Assembly (NCBI GenBank): GCA_002840095.1
Contig: PGZL01000008.1
Coordinates: forward strand, 389,790 to 453,789
Length of the DNA: 64,000 nt
Source: Gammaproteobacteria bacterium HGW-Gammaproteobacteria-1
GTDB taxonomy: Bacteria > Pseudomonadota > Gammaproteobacteria > Thiohalomonadales > Thiohalomonadaceae
Reading direction: 5' to 3'
Shown here one piece after another: positions 22,158 to 30,655 of this stretch. The translations under genes and the position numbers were made by a program. The notes under the pieces were generated by a model that was given only the letters and a program-made list of their open reading frames with translations, did no database searches and had not been told where the DNA came from. Within the stretch, counting starts at the first letter, position 1, and each line of letters starts with the position of its first letter.

Positions 22158-23080
22158 CAGCGGCGATTCTCGAACTGCACGTAGCTGCGGTTTACGTTGC
22201 CGCGGTGCAGCTCGGCGAAGTTGGCCAGGTCGCGGAAGGCCGGTGCGTCGGTCAGGCGATCCACCACCTCGTCGATGGGTTCCCAGTTGTCGGCGGCGGC
22301 ACTCACTTCCCGCGCCAGCCAATCGAGATAGTCGCCGGTCTGACGCTGTGCCTTGGCCAGATCGCATACGCTGCCGTGGCCGGGCACGATGTGCAGCGGT
22401 GCCAGCGCTTCCATGGCGTGGAAGGTGTCGCGCCAGGCAACGAGATCGGACCAGGGCAGCACGCCGAGCAGGCGATCGACATAGACCAGATCGCCGCTGT
22501 ACAGTACGCGTTCCTGCGGCAGCCACACCACCGCATCGCCGGCGAAGTGGGCATCGCCCAGCCAGCGCAGTTGCAGTTCGACGCCGCCCACCGTGAGCGT
22601 GGTTGCATCGGAGCCGACCGGTTCCGGCGCGGTATACGCCTTGGTGCCGGCAACGCGTTCCTTCAGCTCGGGCTGGAGTTGCTGAAAATGTTGCGTGCCG
22701 AACTGCTTTTGCGTCGCCACCGTGCGCTGCAAAGCGATGATGCGCGCGCCCTTGCGGGCGAAATAGCCGTTGCCCAGCCAGCGATGATCCTGGCTGCCGG
22801 TGTTGAGCACGTGGGTGATCTGCTTGTCGGTCACGCCGGCCACCGCCTGCTCGATGAGCTGCGCGCCGCTGTCGGAGGCACCGGAGTCGATCAGCACCAC
22901 GCCGTCATTGGTGACCACGAAGCCGAAGTTGGCATTGAGGCCGTAGTTGTCATAGGTACGTCCGCCGGTGGGGCCGACGACGGCGTAGGCAGGGCCGCTG
23001 ACGTGCTGCACCTTGAGAACATCGGCCGCCGTTGTCGTGGCAGACGCTGTTAACAGCAGAAGGGCAAAGAGACTGCGCAT
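22157..23080 (-). CDS. Secreted metallo-beta-lactamase-fold protein with degenerate His motif
   Basis: Signal peptide MRSLFALLLLTASATTTAADV. MBL fold elements present (GDAHFAGD, SGDLVY, VPGHG), but the HxHxDH box reads NTGSQDH. Confidence 0.65.
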   Translation of the reverse strand: MRSLFALLLLTASATTTAADVLKVQHVSGPAYAVVGPTGGRTYDNYGLNANFGFVVTNDGVVLIDSGASDSGAQLIEQAVAGVTDKQITHVLNTGSQDHRWLGNGYFARKGARIIALQRTVATQKQFGTQHFQQLQPELKERVAGTKAYTAPEPVGSDATTLTVGGVELQLRWLGDAHFAGDAVVWLPQERVLYSGDLVYVDRLLGVLPWSDLVAWRDTFHAMEALAPLHIVPGHGSVCDLAKAQRQTGDYLDWLAREVSAAADNWEPIDEVVDRLTDAPAFRDLANFAELHRGNVNRSYVQFENRR

Positions 23081-23092
23081 GGAGGTTCCTCG

Positions 23093-24175
23093 TTATTGAA
23101 TGCGTTGCGGACGCTCGTACCAGGCTTTGCTGGCATTGACGATCTTCACCACCGACAGCATCACCGGCACCTCGATCAGCACGCCGACCACGGTGGCCAG
23201 CGCGGCGCCGGAATCGAAGCCGAACAGGGCGATGGCGGCGGCCACGGCCAGTTCGAAGAAGTTGCTGGCGCCGATCAGAGCCGAGGGACCGGCCACGCTG
23301 TGCGCCACCTTGAACTGGCGGTTGAGCAGATAGGCGAGGCCGGAATTGAAATACACCTGAATCAGGATCGGCACCGCCAGCATGGCGATGATCAGCGGCT
23401 GTGCCAGGATCTGTTCGCCCTGGAAGCCGAACAGCAGTACCAGGGTGGCGAGCAGGGCCATCAACGAGATCGGGTGCATGTGCTTCAAGAGAGCATCCAG
23501 TCTGGCCTGACCGCCGCGCCGCAATACGCGGCGGCGCCACCACTGCGCGAACAGCACCGGGATGACGATGTACAGCAGCACCGACAGCAGCAGTGTGCTC
23601 CAGGGCACGGTGATGGAGGCGAGGCCCAGCAGCAGACCGACGATGGGGGCGAAGGCAAACACCATGATGGTATCGTTGAGCGCCACCTGGGTCAGGGTGA
23701 AGTGCGGTTCGCCCTTGGTGAGATGGCTCCACACGAACACCATCGCCGTGCAGGGGGCAGCGGCAAGAATGATCAGGCCGGCAATATAGCTGTCGTGCTG
23801 ATCGGCGGGCAGGGCATCGGCGAACACGCCGCGGATGAAGAACCAGGCCAGCAGCGCCATGGAAAACGGCTTCACCGCCCAGTTGATGAACAGGGTGACG
23901 CCGATGCCGCGCCAGTGCTCCTTCACCTGCGACAGCGCGGTAAAGTCGATCTTGAGCAGCATGGGGATGATCATCAGCCAGATCAGCACCGCCACCGGCA
24001 GGTTGACCTGCGCCAGCTCCAGTCCGCCGATGAAGTGGAATAGCGCGGCGAAGAAGTGCCCCAGCGTGATGCCGGCAGCGATGCACAGGAATACCCACAG
24101 CGTCAGATAGCGCTCGAACACGCCCAGCGGAGCGCCGGCGGCTTCTTTGGCGATTACCTCACATTGCGCGGACAT
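23093..24175 (-). CDS. acr3: Arsenite efflux permease, ACR3 family
   Basis: 360-aa polytopic protein with ACR3-typical segments (LGVFERYLTLWVFLCI, AAAPCTAMVFVW, VALNDTIMV). Confidence 0.9.
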   Translation of the reverse strand: MSAQCEVIAKEAAGAPLGVFERYLTLWVFLCIAAGITLGHFFAALFHFIGGLELAQVNLPVAVLIWLMIIPMLLKIDFTALSQVKEHWRGIGVTLFINWAVKPFSMALLAWFFIRGVFADALPADQHDSYIAGLIILAAAPCTAMVFVWSHLTKGEPHFTLTQVALNDTIMVFAFAPIVGLLLGLASITVPWSTLLLSVLLYIVIPVLFAQWWRRRVLRRGGQARLDALLKHMHPISLMALLATLVLLFGFQGEQILAQPLIIAMLAVPILIQVYFNSGLAYLLNRQFKVAHSVAGPSALIGASNFFELAVAAAIALFGFDSGAALATVVGVLIEVPVMLSVVKIVNASKAWYERPQRIQ

Positions 24176-24191
24176 GGTAACAACCCCTTTT

Positions 24192-24261
24192 GCGCAGAGA
24201 CGCAGAGGAAAACTGATTTCATCTTCTCTGCGTCCTCCGCGTCTCTGCGCCTCTGCGTTGG
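24192..24261. repeat. Hairpin, ACGCAGAG-type arms (between acr3 and arsC)
   Basis: GCGCAGAGACGCAGAGG ... TTCTCTGCGTCCTCCGCGTCTCTGCGCCTCTGCGTTGG. Confidence 0.75.
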
Positions 24262-24271
24262 ATGCTTTTGT

Positions 24272-24703
24272 TTACTGTTTGCTGGCCAAATCAGCCACCA
24301 GGGCGCGTACGCGTTCGCGGATTTCGTCGCGGGCGGCACGGAACACCGCCATGATTTCCTCCTCGCTGCCGGTGGCCTTGGCCGGGTCGTTGAGCGGCCA
24401 GTGGATCTTGCGCACGGAGGCGGGCAGAGCCGGGCAGTGTTCATCGGCGTGGCCGCAGACGGTGACCACCACGTCGGCGGCATCGATCATTTCCTGGGTC
24501 ACCTTGGTGGACTCCTGGCCGGAGATGTCGATATCGGCCTCGGCCATGACCTTGATGGCGCGCGGGTTCTTGCCGTGGGCCTCGATGCCGGCGGACTGCA
24601 CTTCGAGGCGGCCGGCGGCGAAATGGCGGCCCCAGCCTTCGGCCATTTGCGAGCGGCAGGAGTTGCCGGTGCAGAGGAACAGCAGGTTGAGTTTCTTGCT
24701 CAT
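24272..24703 (-). CDS. arsC: Arsenate reductase, LMW-PTPase (thioredoxin-coupled) type
   Basis: P-loop LFLCTGNSCRSQMAEG plus downstream Cys residues (VTVCGHADEHCP). ATG at 24703; the track GTG at 24715 is the alternative. Confidence 0.9.
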   Translation of the reverse strand: MSKKLNLLFLCTGNSCRSQMAEGWGRHFAAGRLEVQSAGIEAHGKNPRAIKVMAEADIDISGQESTKVTQEMIDAADVVVTVCGHADEHCPALPASVRKIHWPLNDPAKATGSEEEIMAVFRAARDEIRERVRALVADLASKQ

Positions 24704-24749
24704 CGTTGTTTCCACATTAATCAGGGAGAAAACCGTTGATTTCTATTTG

Positions 24750-24941
24750 GTCCGCGAATGAACGCAAATTAAAAGATATTCACTCTCGCCAAGACGCCAA
24801 GCACGCCAAGACACCCAGCAACGAAACCAACCCTCCGGGTCGGCAGTTGCCGTCTTGCGGTTTTCTTTGCGTCTTGGCGTTCTTGGCGAGATTCCATTGA
24901 CGTTTTCAGGTTCATCTCTCAATTCGCGTCCATTTGCGGAC
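24750..24941. repeat. Nested double hairpin (outer CGCAAAT arms, inner CGCCAAGA arms) between arsC and arsR
   Basis: Outer arms at 24750-24771 and 24921-24941. Inner arms at 24783-24811 and 24853-24892. Confidence 0.8.
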
Positions 24942-24956
24942 TCGTGTTTCGAATGT

Positions 24957-25310
24957 TCAGGCGCAGCACACCGCGCCGGGGCGATTAGGCATTTCACGAA
25001 GCGCGGTGTGGTCTGTGGCAAAGGGCGCCTGGTTGGCCACGCCCTCGGCGGTGATGCGCAGCACCTCCAGCGCCCAGGCCGGCAGCTCCGGGTGCAGGCG
25101 GTAATACACCCACAGTCCCTGGCGGCGATCGGCGACGATGCCGGCCTCGCGCAGCTGGGCCAGGTGGCGGGAAATCTTGGGCTGGATCTCGCCCAGGGCG
25201 TGGGTGAGCTCGCACACGCACAACTCGCTTTCGCCCCGCATCAACAGCAGGCAGCGCAGGCGGGTGGGGTCGGCGAGGGCGCGGAACAGGGATTCGGTGG
25301 TCAGTGGCAT
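24957..25310 (-). CDS. arsR: ArsR/SmtB-family arsenic-responsive repressor
   Basis: HTH with the As(III)-binding ELCVCEL motif. The internal ATG (13th codon of the track ORF) was placed by frame arithmetic. Confidence 0.85.
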   Translation of the reverse strand: MPLTTESLFRALADPTRLRCLLLMRGESELCVCELTHALGEIQPKISRHLAQLREAGIVADRRQGLWVYYRLHPELPAWALEVLRITAEGVANQAPFATDHTALREMPNRPGAVCCA

Positions 25311-25449
25311 GGCGCTATATATACGCCAACCCATATATATGATCAAGCGTATGTAATGCGCAGCATGCGGCGGTGGCGGATCTCGCGCATTACGGCCCCG
25401 CGACCAATCCGGTATAGTAGCCGCCTGTTTTCCTTACTGATTCCCGCGC

Positions 25450-26535
25450 ATGAAAACGCTACACGTCGACCTGGGGGCGCGCAGCTACCCCATCCACATC
25501 GGTCCCGGCCTGCTCGGGCGCGCCGACCTGGTGATTCCCTACGTCACCGGGACGCAGGTGATGATCGTCAGCAACGAAACGGTGGCGCCGCTGTACCTGG
25601 AGCGTACCCTGGAGGCCTTCAAGGGGATCCGCACCGAGTCGGTGATCCTGCCCGACGGCGAGCAGTACAAGACCCTGGAAACGGTCAACACTGTCTTCGA
25701 CGGCCTGCTGTCCAAGCGCTTCGACCGCAAGTGCACCCTGGTGGCCCTGGGCGGCGGCGTGGTGGGCGACATGACCGGCTTTGCCGCCGCCTGCTACCAG
25801 CGCGGCGTGTCCTTCATCCAGATCCCCACCACCCTGCTGTCCCAGGTGGACTCCTCGGTGGGCGGCAAGACCGGCGTGAACCACCCGCTGGGCAAGAACA
25901 TGATCGGCGCCTTCCACCAGCCGCGCTGCGTGCTGGCCGATACCGACACCCTCAATACCCTGGACGAACGCCAGCTGCGTGCCGGCATCGCCGAGGTGAT
26001 CAAGTACGGCCTGATCAACGATCCGGAATTCTTCGCCTGGCTGGAGCAGAACATGAATGCGCTGCTGGCGCGCGAGCCGGAGGCGCTGAGCTACGCCATC
26101 GAACGCTCCTGCCGCGACAAGGCGGCCATCGTCGCCGCCGACGAGACCGAGGGCGGGGTACGCGCCCTGCTCAACCTGGGCCACACCTACGGCCACGCCA
26201 TTGAGACCGGCATGGGCTACGGCGAGTGGCTGCACGGCGAGGCCATCGCCGCCGGCATGGTGATGGCGGCGGAACTGTCGCAGCAGCTGGGCTGGATGGA
26301 TGCCGCTGACGTGGCGCGCGCGCGCCGCCTGTTTGTGGCCGCCGGCCTGCCGGTGCAGGCACCGGCCGAACTGGACGCCGCCCGTTTCCTCGAATTGATG
26401 GCGGTGGACAAGAAGGTACAGGCAGGCAAGCTGCGGCTGATTTTGCTGCGCGGCATCGGCCAGGCACTGATCAGCGACAGCGCCACGCCGGAGCAGATCA
26501 GCGCCGGCATCGCGCTGCATCGCAGCGGCGGCTGA
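25450..26535 (+). CDS. aroB: 3-dehydroquinate synthase
   Basis: 361 aa with the AroB pattern ([45 protein letters not shown]). Confidence 0.92.
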   Translation: MKTLHVDLGARSYPIHIGPGLLGRADLVIPYVTGTQVMIVSNETVAPLYLERTLEAFKGIRTESVILPDGEQYKTLETVNTVFDGLLSKRFDRKCTLVALGGGVVGDMTGFAAACYQRGVSFIQIPTTLLSQVDSSVGGKTGVNHPLGKNMIGAFHQPRCVLADTDTLNTLDERQLRAGIAEVIKYGLINDPEFFAWLEQNMNALLAREPEALSYAIERSCRDKAAIVAADETEGGVRALLNLGHTYGHAIETGMGYGEWLHGEAIAAGMVMAAELSQQLGWMDAADVARARRLFVAAGLPVQAPAELDAARFLELMAVDKKVQAGKLRLILLRGIGQALISDSATPEQISAGIALHRSGG

Positions 26536-26554
26536 GGCCGGGCGGTAAAGATCA

Positions 26555-26784
26555 GCCGCAGAGGGCACAGAGAAAAAAAACGATCATTACTCTCGCCAAG
26601 ACGCCAAGTGCGCCAAGAAATGCCTTGTATCACCCATCAGGGTGCGGCGCAGAAGAATGGTTGGGGTGATATAGCTTGATGTTAAGGTTTTCTTGGCGCT
26701 CTCTGCGTCTTGGCGAGAGTTTCATGTATGTTGGGTAAAGCAGTGTAAACGGTTCTTCTCTGTGTTCTCTGTGCCCTCTGTGGC
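26555..26784. repeat. Nested double hairpin (outer CACAGAG/GCAGAG arms, inner CGCCAAGA arms)
   Basis: Outer arms at 26555-26574 and 26755-26784. Inner arms at 26590-26619 and 26689-26719. Located between aroB and the dGTPase-like gene. Confidence 0.8.
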
Positions 26785-26803
26785 TCAAACAAAGGTTTCT
26801 TGG

Positions 26804-27955
26804 ATGGACAATCTGGCCCCCTACGCAGCAGCCTGCACCCATTCACGCGGCCGCCGTCATCCCGAATCCGCACCGCAGTACCGCAGCGAGTTCCAGCGCG
26901 ATCGCGATCGCATCGTCCATTCCTCCGCCTTCCGCCGCCTGGAGTACAAGACCCAGGTGTTCGTCAATCACGAAGGCGACATGTTCCGCACCCGCCTCAC
27001 CCATTCCATCGAGGTGGCGCAGATCGGCCGTGCCATCGCCCGCGCCCTGCACCTGAACGAAGACCTCACCGAGTCCGTCAGCCTGGCCCACGATCTGGGC
27101 CACACCCCCTTCGGCCATGCCGGCCAGGATGCGCTCAACGACTGCATGCGCGATTACGGCGGCTTCGAGCACAACCTGCAATCGCTGCGCGTGGTGGATG
27201 AACTGGAGGACCGCTACGCCGAGTTTCGCGGCCTCAATCTCACCTACGAAACCCGCGAAGGCATCCTCAAGCACTGCTCGCAGGAAAACGCGCGGCTGCT
27301 GGGAGAGTTGGGCCAACGTTTCCTCGACAAGGGCCAGCCCAGCCTGGAGGCGCAGATCGCCAACGTCGCCGACGCCATCGCCTACAACAATCACGACGTC
27401 GACGACGGCCTGCGCGCCGGACTGCTCAGCGTCGAGCAACTGTGCCAGATCGAACTGTTTGCCGAACAGCACGCCGCGGTACAGCGCGCCTATCCCGAAC
27501 TCACCGGGCGGCGCCAGGTGCACGAAATCATCCGCCGCATGATCAACCGCCAGGTGGTCGATCTGCTGGAGACCAGCCGCGGTCTCATCGAGGAGGCCGC
27601 GCCCGTGGATATCGACGCGGTGCGGGCCCACAGCGAACCCCTGCTGCGTTTCAGCGACACCATGCAGCAGCAGCACCAGAGCCTCAAGCGCTTCCTGCGC
27701 GTCAATCTGTACCAGCACTACCGCGTGCACCGCATGACGGTGAAATCGCAGCGCATCGTGCGTGATCTGTTCGGCGCCATCTTCGACGATCCGCGCCTGC
27801 TGCCCCTGCCGCACCAGGCCAACGTCGCCGCGCTGGAACAGCAGCACGGCCCCGCCGGCCGCGCCCGCGCCGTGGCTGACTACATCGCCGGCATGACCGA
27901 TCGCTACGCCATCGCCGAACACCGCAAGCTGTTCAATCCCACCGAACTGACCTGA
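26804..27955 (+). CDS. dGTP triphosphohydrolase-like HD-domain protein
   Basis: ATG at 26804. Motifs [35 protein letters not shown] and [12 protein letters not shown]. The track ORF 5' extension lies inside a repeat. Confidence 0.85.
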   Translation: MDNLAPYAAACTHSRGRRHPESAPQYRSEFQRDRDRIVHSSAFRRLEYKTQVFVNHEGDMFRTRLTHSIEVAQIGRAIARALHLNEDLTESVSLAHDLGHTPFGHAGQDALNDCMRDYGGFEHNLQSLRVVDELEDRYAEFRGLNLTYETREGILKHCSQENARLLGELGQRFLDKGQPSLEAQIANVADAIAYNNHDVDDGLRAGLLSVEQLCQIELFAEQHAAVQRAYPELTGRRQVHEIIRRMINRQVVDLLETSRGLIEEAAPVDIDAVRAHSEPLLRFSDTMQQQHQSLKRFLRVNLYQHYRVHRMTVKSQRIVRDLFGAIFDDPRLLPLPHQANVAALEQQHGPAGRARAVADYIAGMTDRYAIAEHRKLFNPTELT

Positions 27956-27987
27956 CGGCGGCAACGCAGCGAACATAGCAAAACCCG

Positions 27988-28053
27988 CCGCAAAGACGCA
28001 GAGGCGCGGAGAAAATCACAATGGTATTTCTCCGCGGCTCTGCGTCTTTGCGG
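27988..28053. repeat. Hairpin, ACGCAGAG-type arms
   Basis: CCGCAAAGACGCAGAGGCGCGGAGAA ... TTCTCCGCGGCTCTGCGTCTTTGCGG. Confidence 0.8.
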
Positions 28054-28181
28054 CACGGGGTCGAAGTGCCTCACATTCGCCTTGAGAAATCAGCGTCTTG
28101 GCGGCATACTTTCGCCCAACCGCAGGGGGCCCGCCGGCCCCTGAAACAACAACATAGAAGCCGGAAGCCGCGTCATCGGAC

Positions 28182-28436
28182 ATGCGTATCTACATGCAGA
28201 CCCCCGTCACCGATGAACACGCGCCGCGTTATTACCACCTGTTCCTGCAGGAAGACCTGCTCGGCGGCTGGACCCTGGTGCGGGAGTGGGGCTTTCAGGG
28301 GGCGTCGGGGCGCGTGGTGCGCGAGCATTTCCCGACCCGGGAGGCGGCGGAGTCTGCTATCATCAGCGGGCGTGATGCACAGCTGAAACGTGGATACCGA
28401 GTGATGTTCATGCAGGGAGAGGAGCGACCCACATGA
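28182..28436 (+). CDS. WGR-domain small protein
   Basis: 84 aa. YYHLFLQEDLLGGWTLVREWGFQGASGRV and KRGYR match the WGR signature. Its stop overlaps the next start (ATGA). Confidence 0.7.
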   Translation: MRIYMQTPVTDEHAPRYYHLFLQEDLLGGWTLVREWGFQGASGRVVREHFPTREAAESAIISGRDAQLKRGYRVMFMQGEERPT

Positions 28437-30457
28437 TCCGGGCCCTTCGCCGTAACAAGGACCCAATGGCCGCCCCTCCCTATCTTTCCCATTACAAGCT
28501 GCGCGAGAACCCCTTCTCCGGCGGACCCCGCTACTTCTTCGCCGACCCCGAGCGCGCGCAGACCCTCAACATGTTGCAGCACCTCACCCAGTACAGCGAA
28601 GAGCTGCTGCTGGTGAGCGGCCCTGCGGGCAGCGGCAAGACCACCCTGCTGGAACAATACCTGGCGCGCGCCGACGACGACTGGAAGGTGTGCCGCGTCA
28701 GCGCCGCCGAAACCCCCGATCCCGCCGCCCTGTTCCTTGCCGCCGCGCGCTGCTTCGGCCTGCACACCGACGGCGTGGCGTCCGACGCCCTGCTCGGTGC
28801 GCTGCAGGAACATCTCAATCATCTGCAGCAGACCATGACCCCGGTGCTGGTGGTGGACGATGCCGACCGCCTGTCCGACGACGCGCTGGAGATCGTGGTG
28901 CGCCTCACCGAACTGCCGGGCGAACACGGCAAGCTGGTGCGCACCATACTCTTCGCCGACGCCGCGATCCTGCCGCGCTTCGACAGCCAGCGTTTCGCCA
29001 CCGCCCCCAAGCCCCACCGTCTCGATCTCAAGCCGCTGGACGAGGCGCAGACCATCGCCTATCTGCAGCACCGTCTCGCCACCGCCGGATTCGCCGGTGG
29101 GCCGCTGTTCCAGCCGCGCGAACTGAAGCGCATCCACAGGCAGTCGCAGGGCTGGCCCGGCGGCATCAATGTACAGGCCCACGAGGTGTTGATGAGCAAA
29201 CGCAAGAGCGGCGCCGCCGCTGCCTGGCCTTATCTTGCGGCCGGCGCGCTGATCGCCGCCGGTGGCGGCGCCTACTGGCATTTTTCCGGCGGCAACGTGG
29301 TGCCCGTTCCCGCCCCCCCGGCGCCGATGGCCGCCGCCATGCCACCGACGGCGGCACCGGAGCGGCCCATCCTGCGTTATGCGGGCGAGGCACAGGCGAC
29401 CGCACTGGTGGTGCGCGGCGGCGAAACGGTGCAGATCACCTGCGTCGCGCCCGCCGCCGAACCGGCCGCGCCCCTGGCGCAGCCCATGCTGCGCGAAGTG
29501 ACGCCGCCGATCGCCGCGGAACCACCGCCCGCACCGGCGGTGGCCGCCCCCGAACCCGTGCCGGCAGCCCCTGCCGTGGCCGAAGCCCCGGCACAAGAAC
29601 CCGCACCGGCCGTGGCTCCTGCGCCCGAACCGGTCGCACCCGCCATGGAGGCTGCGCCCGTTGAGCCCGCCCCTGCGCCGGAAGCCGCAGTGCCCGAGCC
29701 GGCACCGGCGGAACCAGCTGCCCCTGTCGCCATGGAGGCCCCGGCCATGGCCCAGCCTGTGCCCGCCGAACCTGTGGCGGAACCCGCGCCGCCTGCCGTC
29801 GAGGTGCCGGTCCTGCCGGTGGCGGTGATCGAACGGGTGGAGCCGGACCCCGCCACGGGCAGCCGCCAGCCGCAAAGCCTGATCCTGTACGGCCGCAACT
29901 TCACGCCCCAGAGCCAGGTGACCGTGAGCTGGCGCGGCCGGCGCAAGGCCCTGGCCGCCGCCCAGGTACAGGTGCTGGACAGCAGCCGCATCGCCATCGA
30001 AATCACCACCGGCACGACGCCGGATACCTGGTCGGTGACGGTGGCCGACGCCGACGGCCAGGTGTCGGAGCCGTTCCCCTTCAAGGTGGAGGCGCCCAAG
30101 GCCGCCCCGGCACCCGCTGCCCCGGCGGCCCGATCCGCCGCCGCCGGCTTCCGCGACAGCGCCTGGCTCAAGGCGCGGGACCCGCGCCGCTACACGGTGC
30201 AGCTGGTGGGCGCCGGTACCGAGCAGGCGGTGCGCGATCACCTCAACGGTTACGACGTGCGCGGCGACATTGCCCAACTGGTCACCCGCCGCGACGGCAA
30301 GCCCTGGCACGTGCTGTTCTGGGGCGACTTCGCCGACCGCGCCGCGGCCGAGCGCGCCGTGGCCGCCCTGCCGGTGCCGCTCAAGAAAGTGGCGCCGTGG
30401 ATCCGTTCCTATGCCGACGTCCACGGCGAAATGGCGGCGGGCGGCGTGGGTCAATAA
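28433..30457 (+). CDS. AAA+ (ExeA/MshM-like) ATPase with Pro/Ala-rich linker, IPT/TIG-like domain and SPOR domain (DamX-position protein)
   Basis: Walker A GPAGSGKTTL and Walker B LVVDDADRL. Roughly 150 aa of PA-rich low complexity. C-terminal SPOR-like region (YTVQLVGAGTEQAV...WHVLFWGDFADRAAAERA). It occupies the slot between aroB and gltB. Confidence 0.75.
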   Translation: MIRALRRNKDPMAAPPYLSHYKLRENPFSGGPRYFFADPERAQTLNMLQHLTQYSEELLLVSGPAGSGKTTLLEQYLARADDDWKVCRVSAAETPDPAALFLAAARCFGLHTDGVASDALLGALQEHLNHLQQTMTPVLVVDDADRLSDDALEIVVRLTELPGEHGKLVRTILFADAAILPRFDSQRFATAPKPHRLDLKPLDEAQTIAYLQHRLATAGFAGGPLFQPRELKRIHRQSQGWPGGINVQAHEVLMSKRKSGAAAAWPYLAAGALIAAGGGAYWHFSGGNVVPVPAPPAPMAAAMPPTAAPERPILRYAGEAQATALVVRGGETVQITCVAPAAEPAAPLAQPMLREVTPPIAAEPPPAPAVAAPEPVPAAPAVAEAPAQEPAPAVAPAPEPVAPAMEAAPVEPAPAPEAAVPEPAPAEPAAPVAMEAPAMAQPVPAEPVAEPAPPAVEVPVLPVAVIERVEPDPATGSRQPQSLILYGRNFTPQSQVTVSWRGRRKALAAAQVQVLDSSRIAIEITTGTTPDTWSVTVADADGQVSEPFPFKVEAPKAAPAPAAPAARSAAAGFRDSAWLKARDPRRYTVQLVGAGTEQAVRDHLNGYDVRGDIAQLVTRRDGKPWHVLFWGDFADRAAAERAVAALPVPLKKVAPWIRSYADVHGEMAAGGVGQ

Positions 30458-30655
30458 CCGGCACCATCCGTTCCCGGCAGCCGGCCGCCGCCGCCGCCGG
30501 GGGCGAGTAAAGCCCCGCTAACCTCTCTTCCCGCGCGGTTTCTTGCGCATTGAACCTCCCCCCTCAGGGCAGTATACTTCTTGACCCTTTTTGCCCGGCC
30601 TCCGGGCAAGTAGCCATTTTCGCCCGGTTTTTTTGCGAGACTTCACCTAAGACTA

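Noticed and set aside
21201-22526. The long N-terminal extensions of several track ORFs (21201-22526, 19050-20294, 44000-45619, 45264-46703, 54198-54953 and 62565-63869).
   Set aside because: The extensions overlap upstream genes or repeats and are compositionally aberrant. Internal ATGs with SD sequences, or start/stop overlaps, give proteins matching full-length family members.
26804-27955. The dGTPase-like gene as an anti-phage dNTP-depletion system.
   Set aside because: The sequence looks like the common Dgt-like housekeeping paralogue, and the gene lies in a core-genome block. There are no defence-island neighbours.
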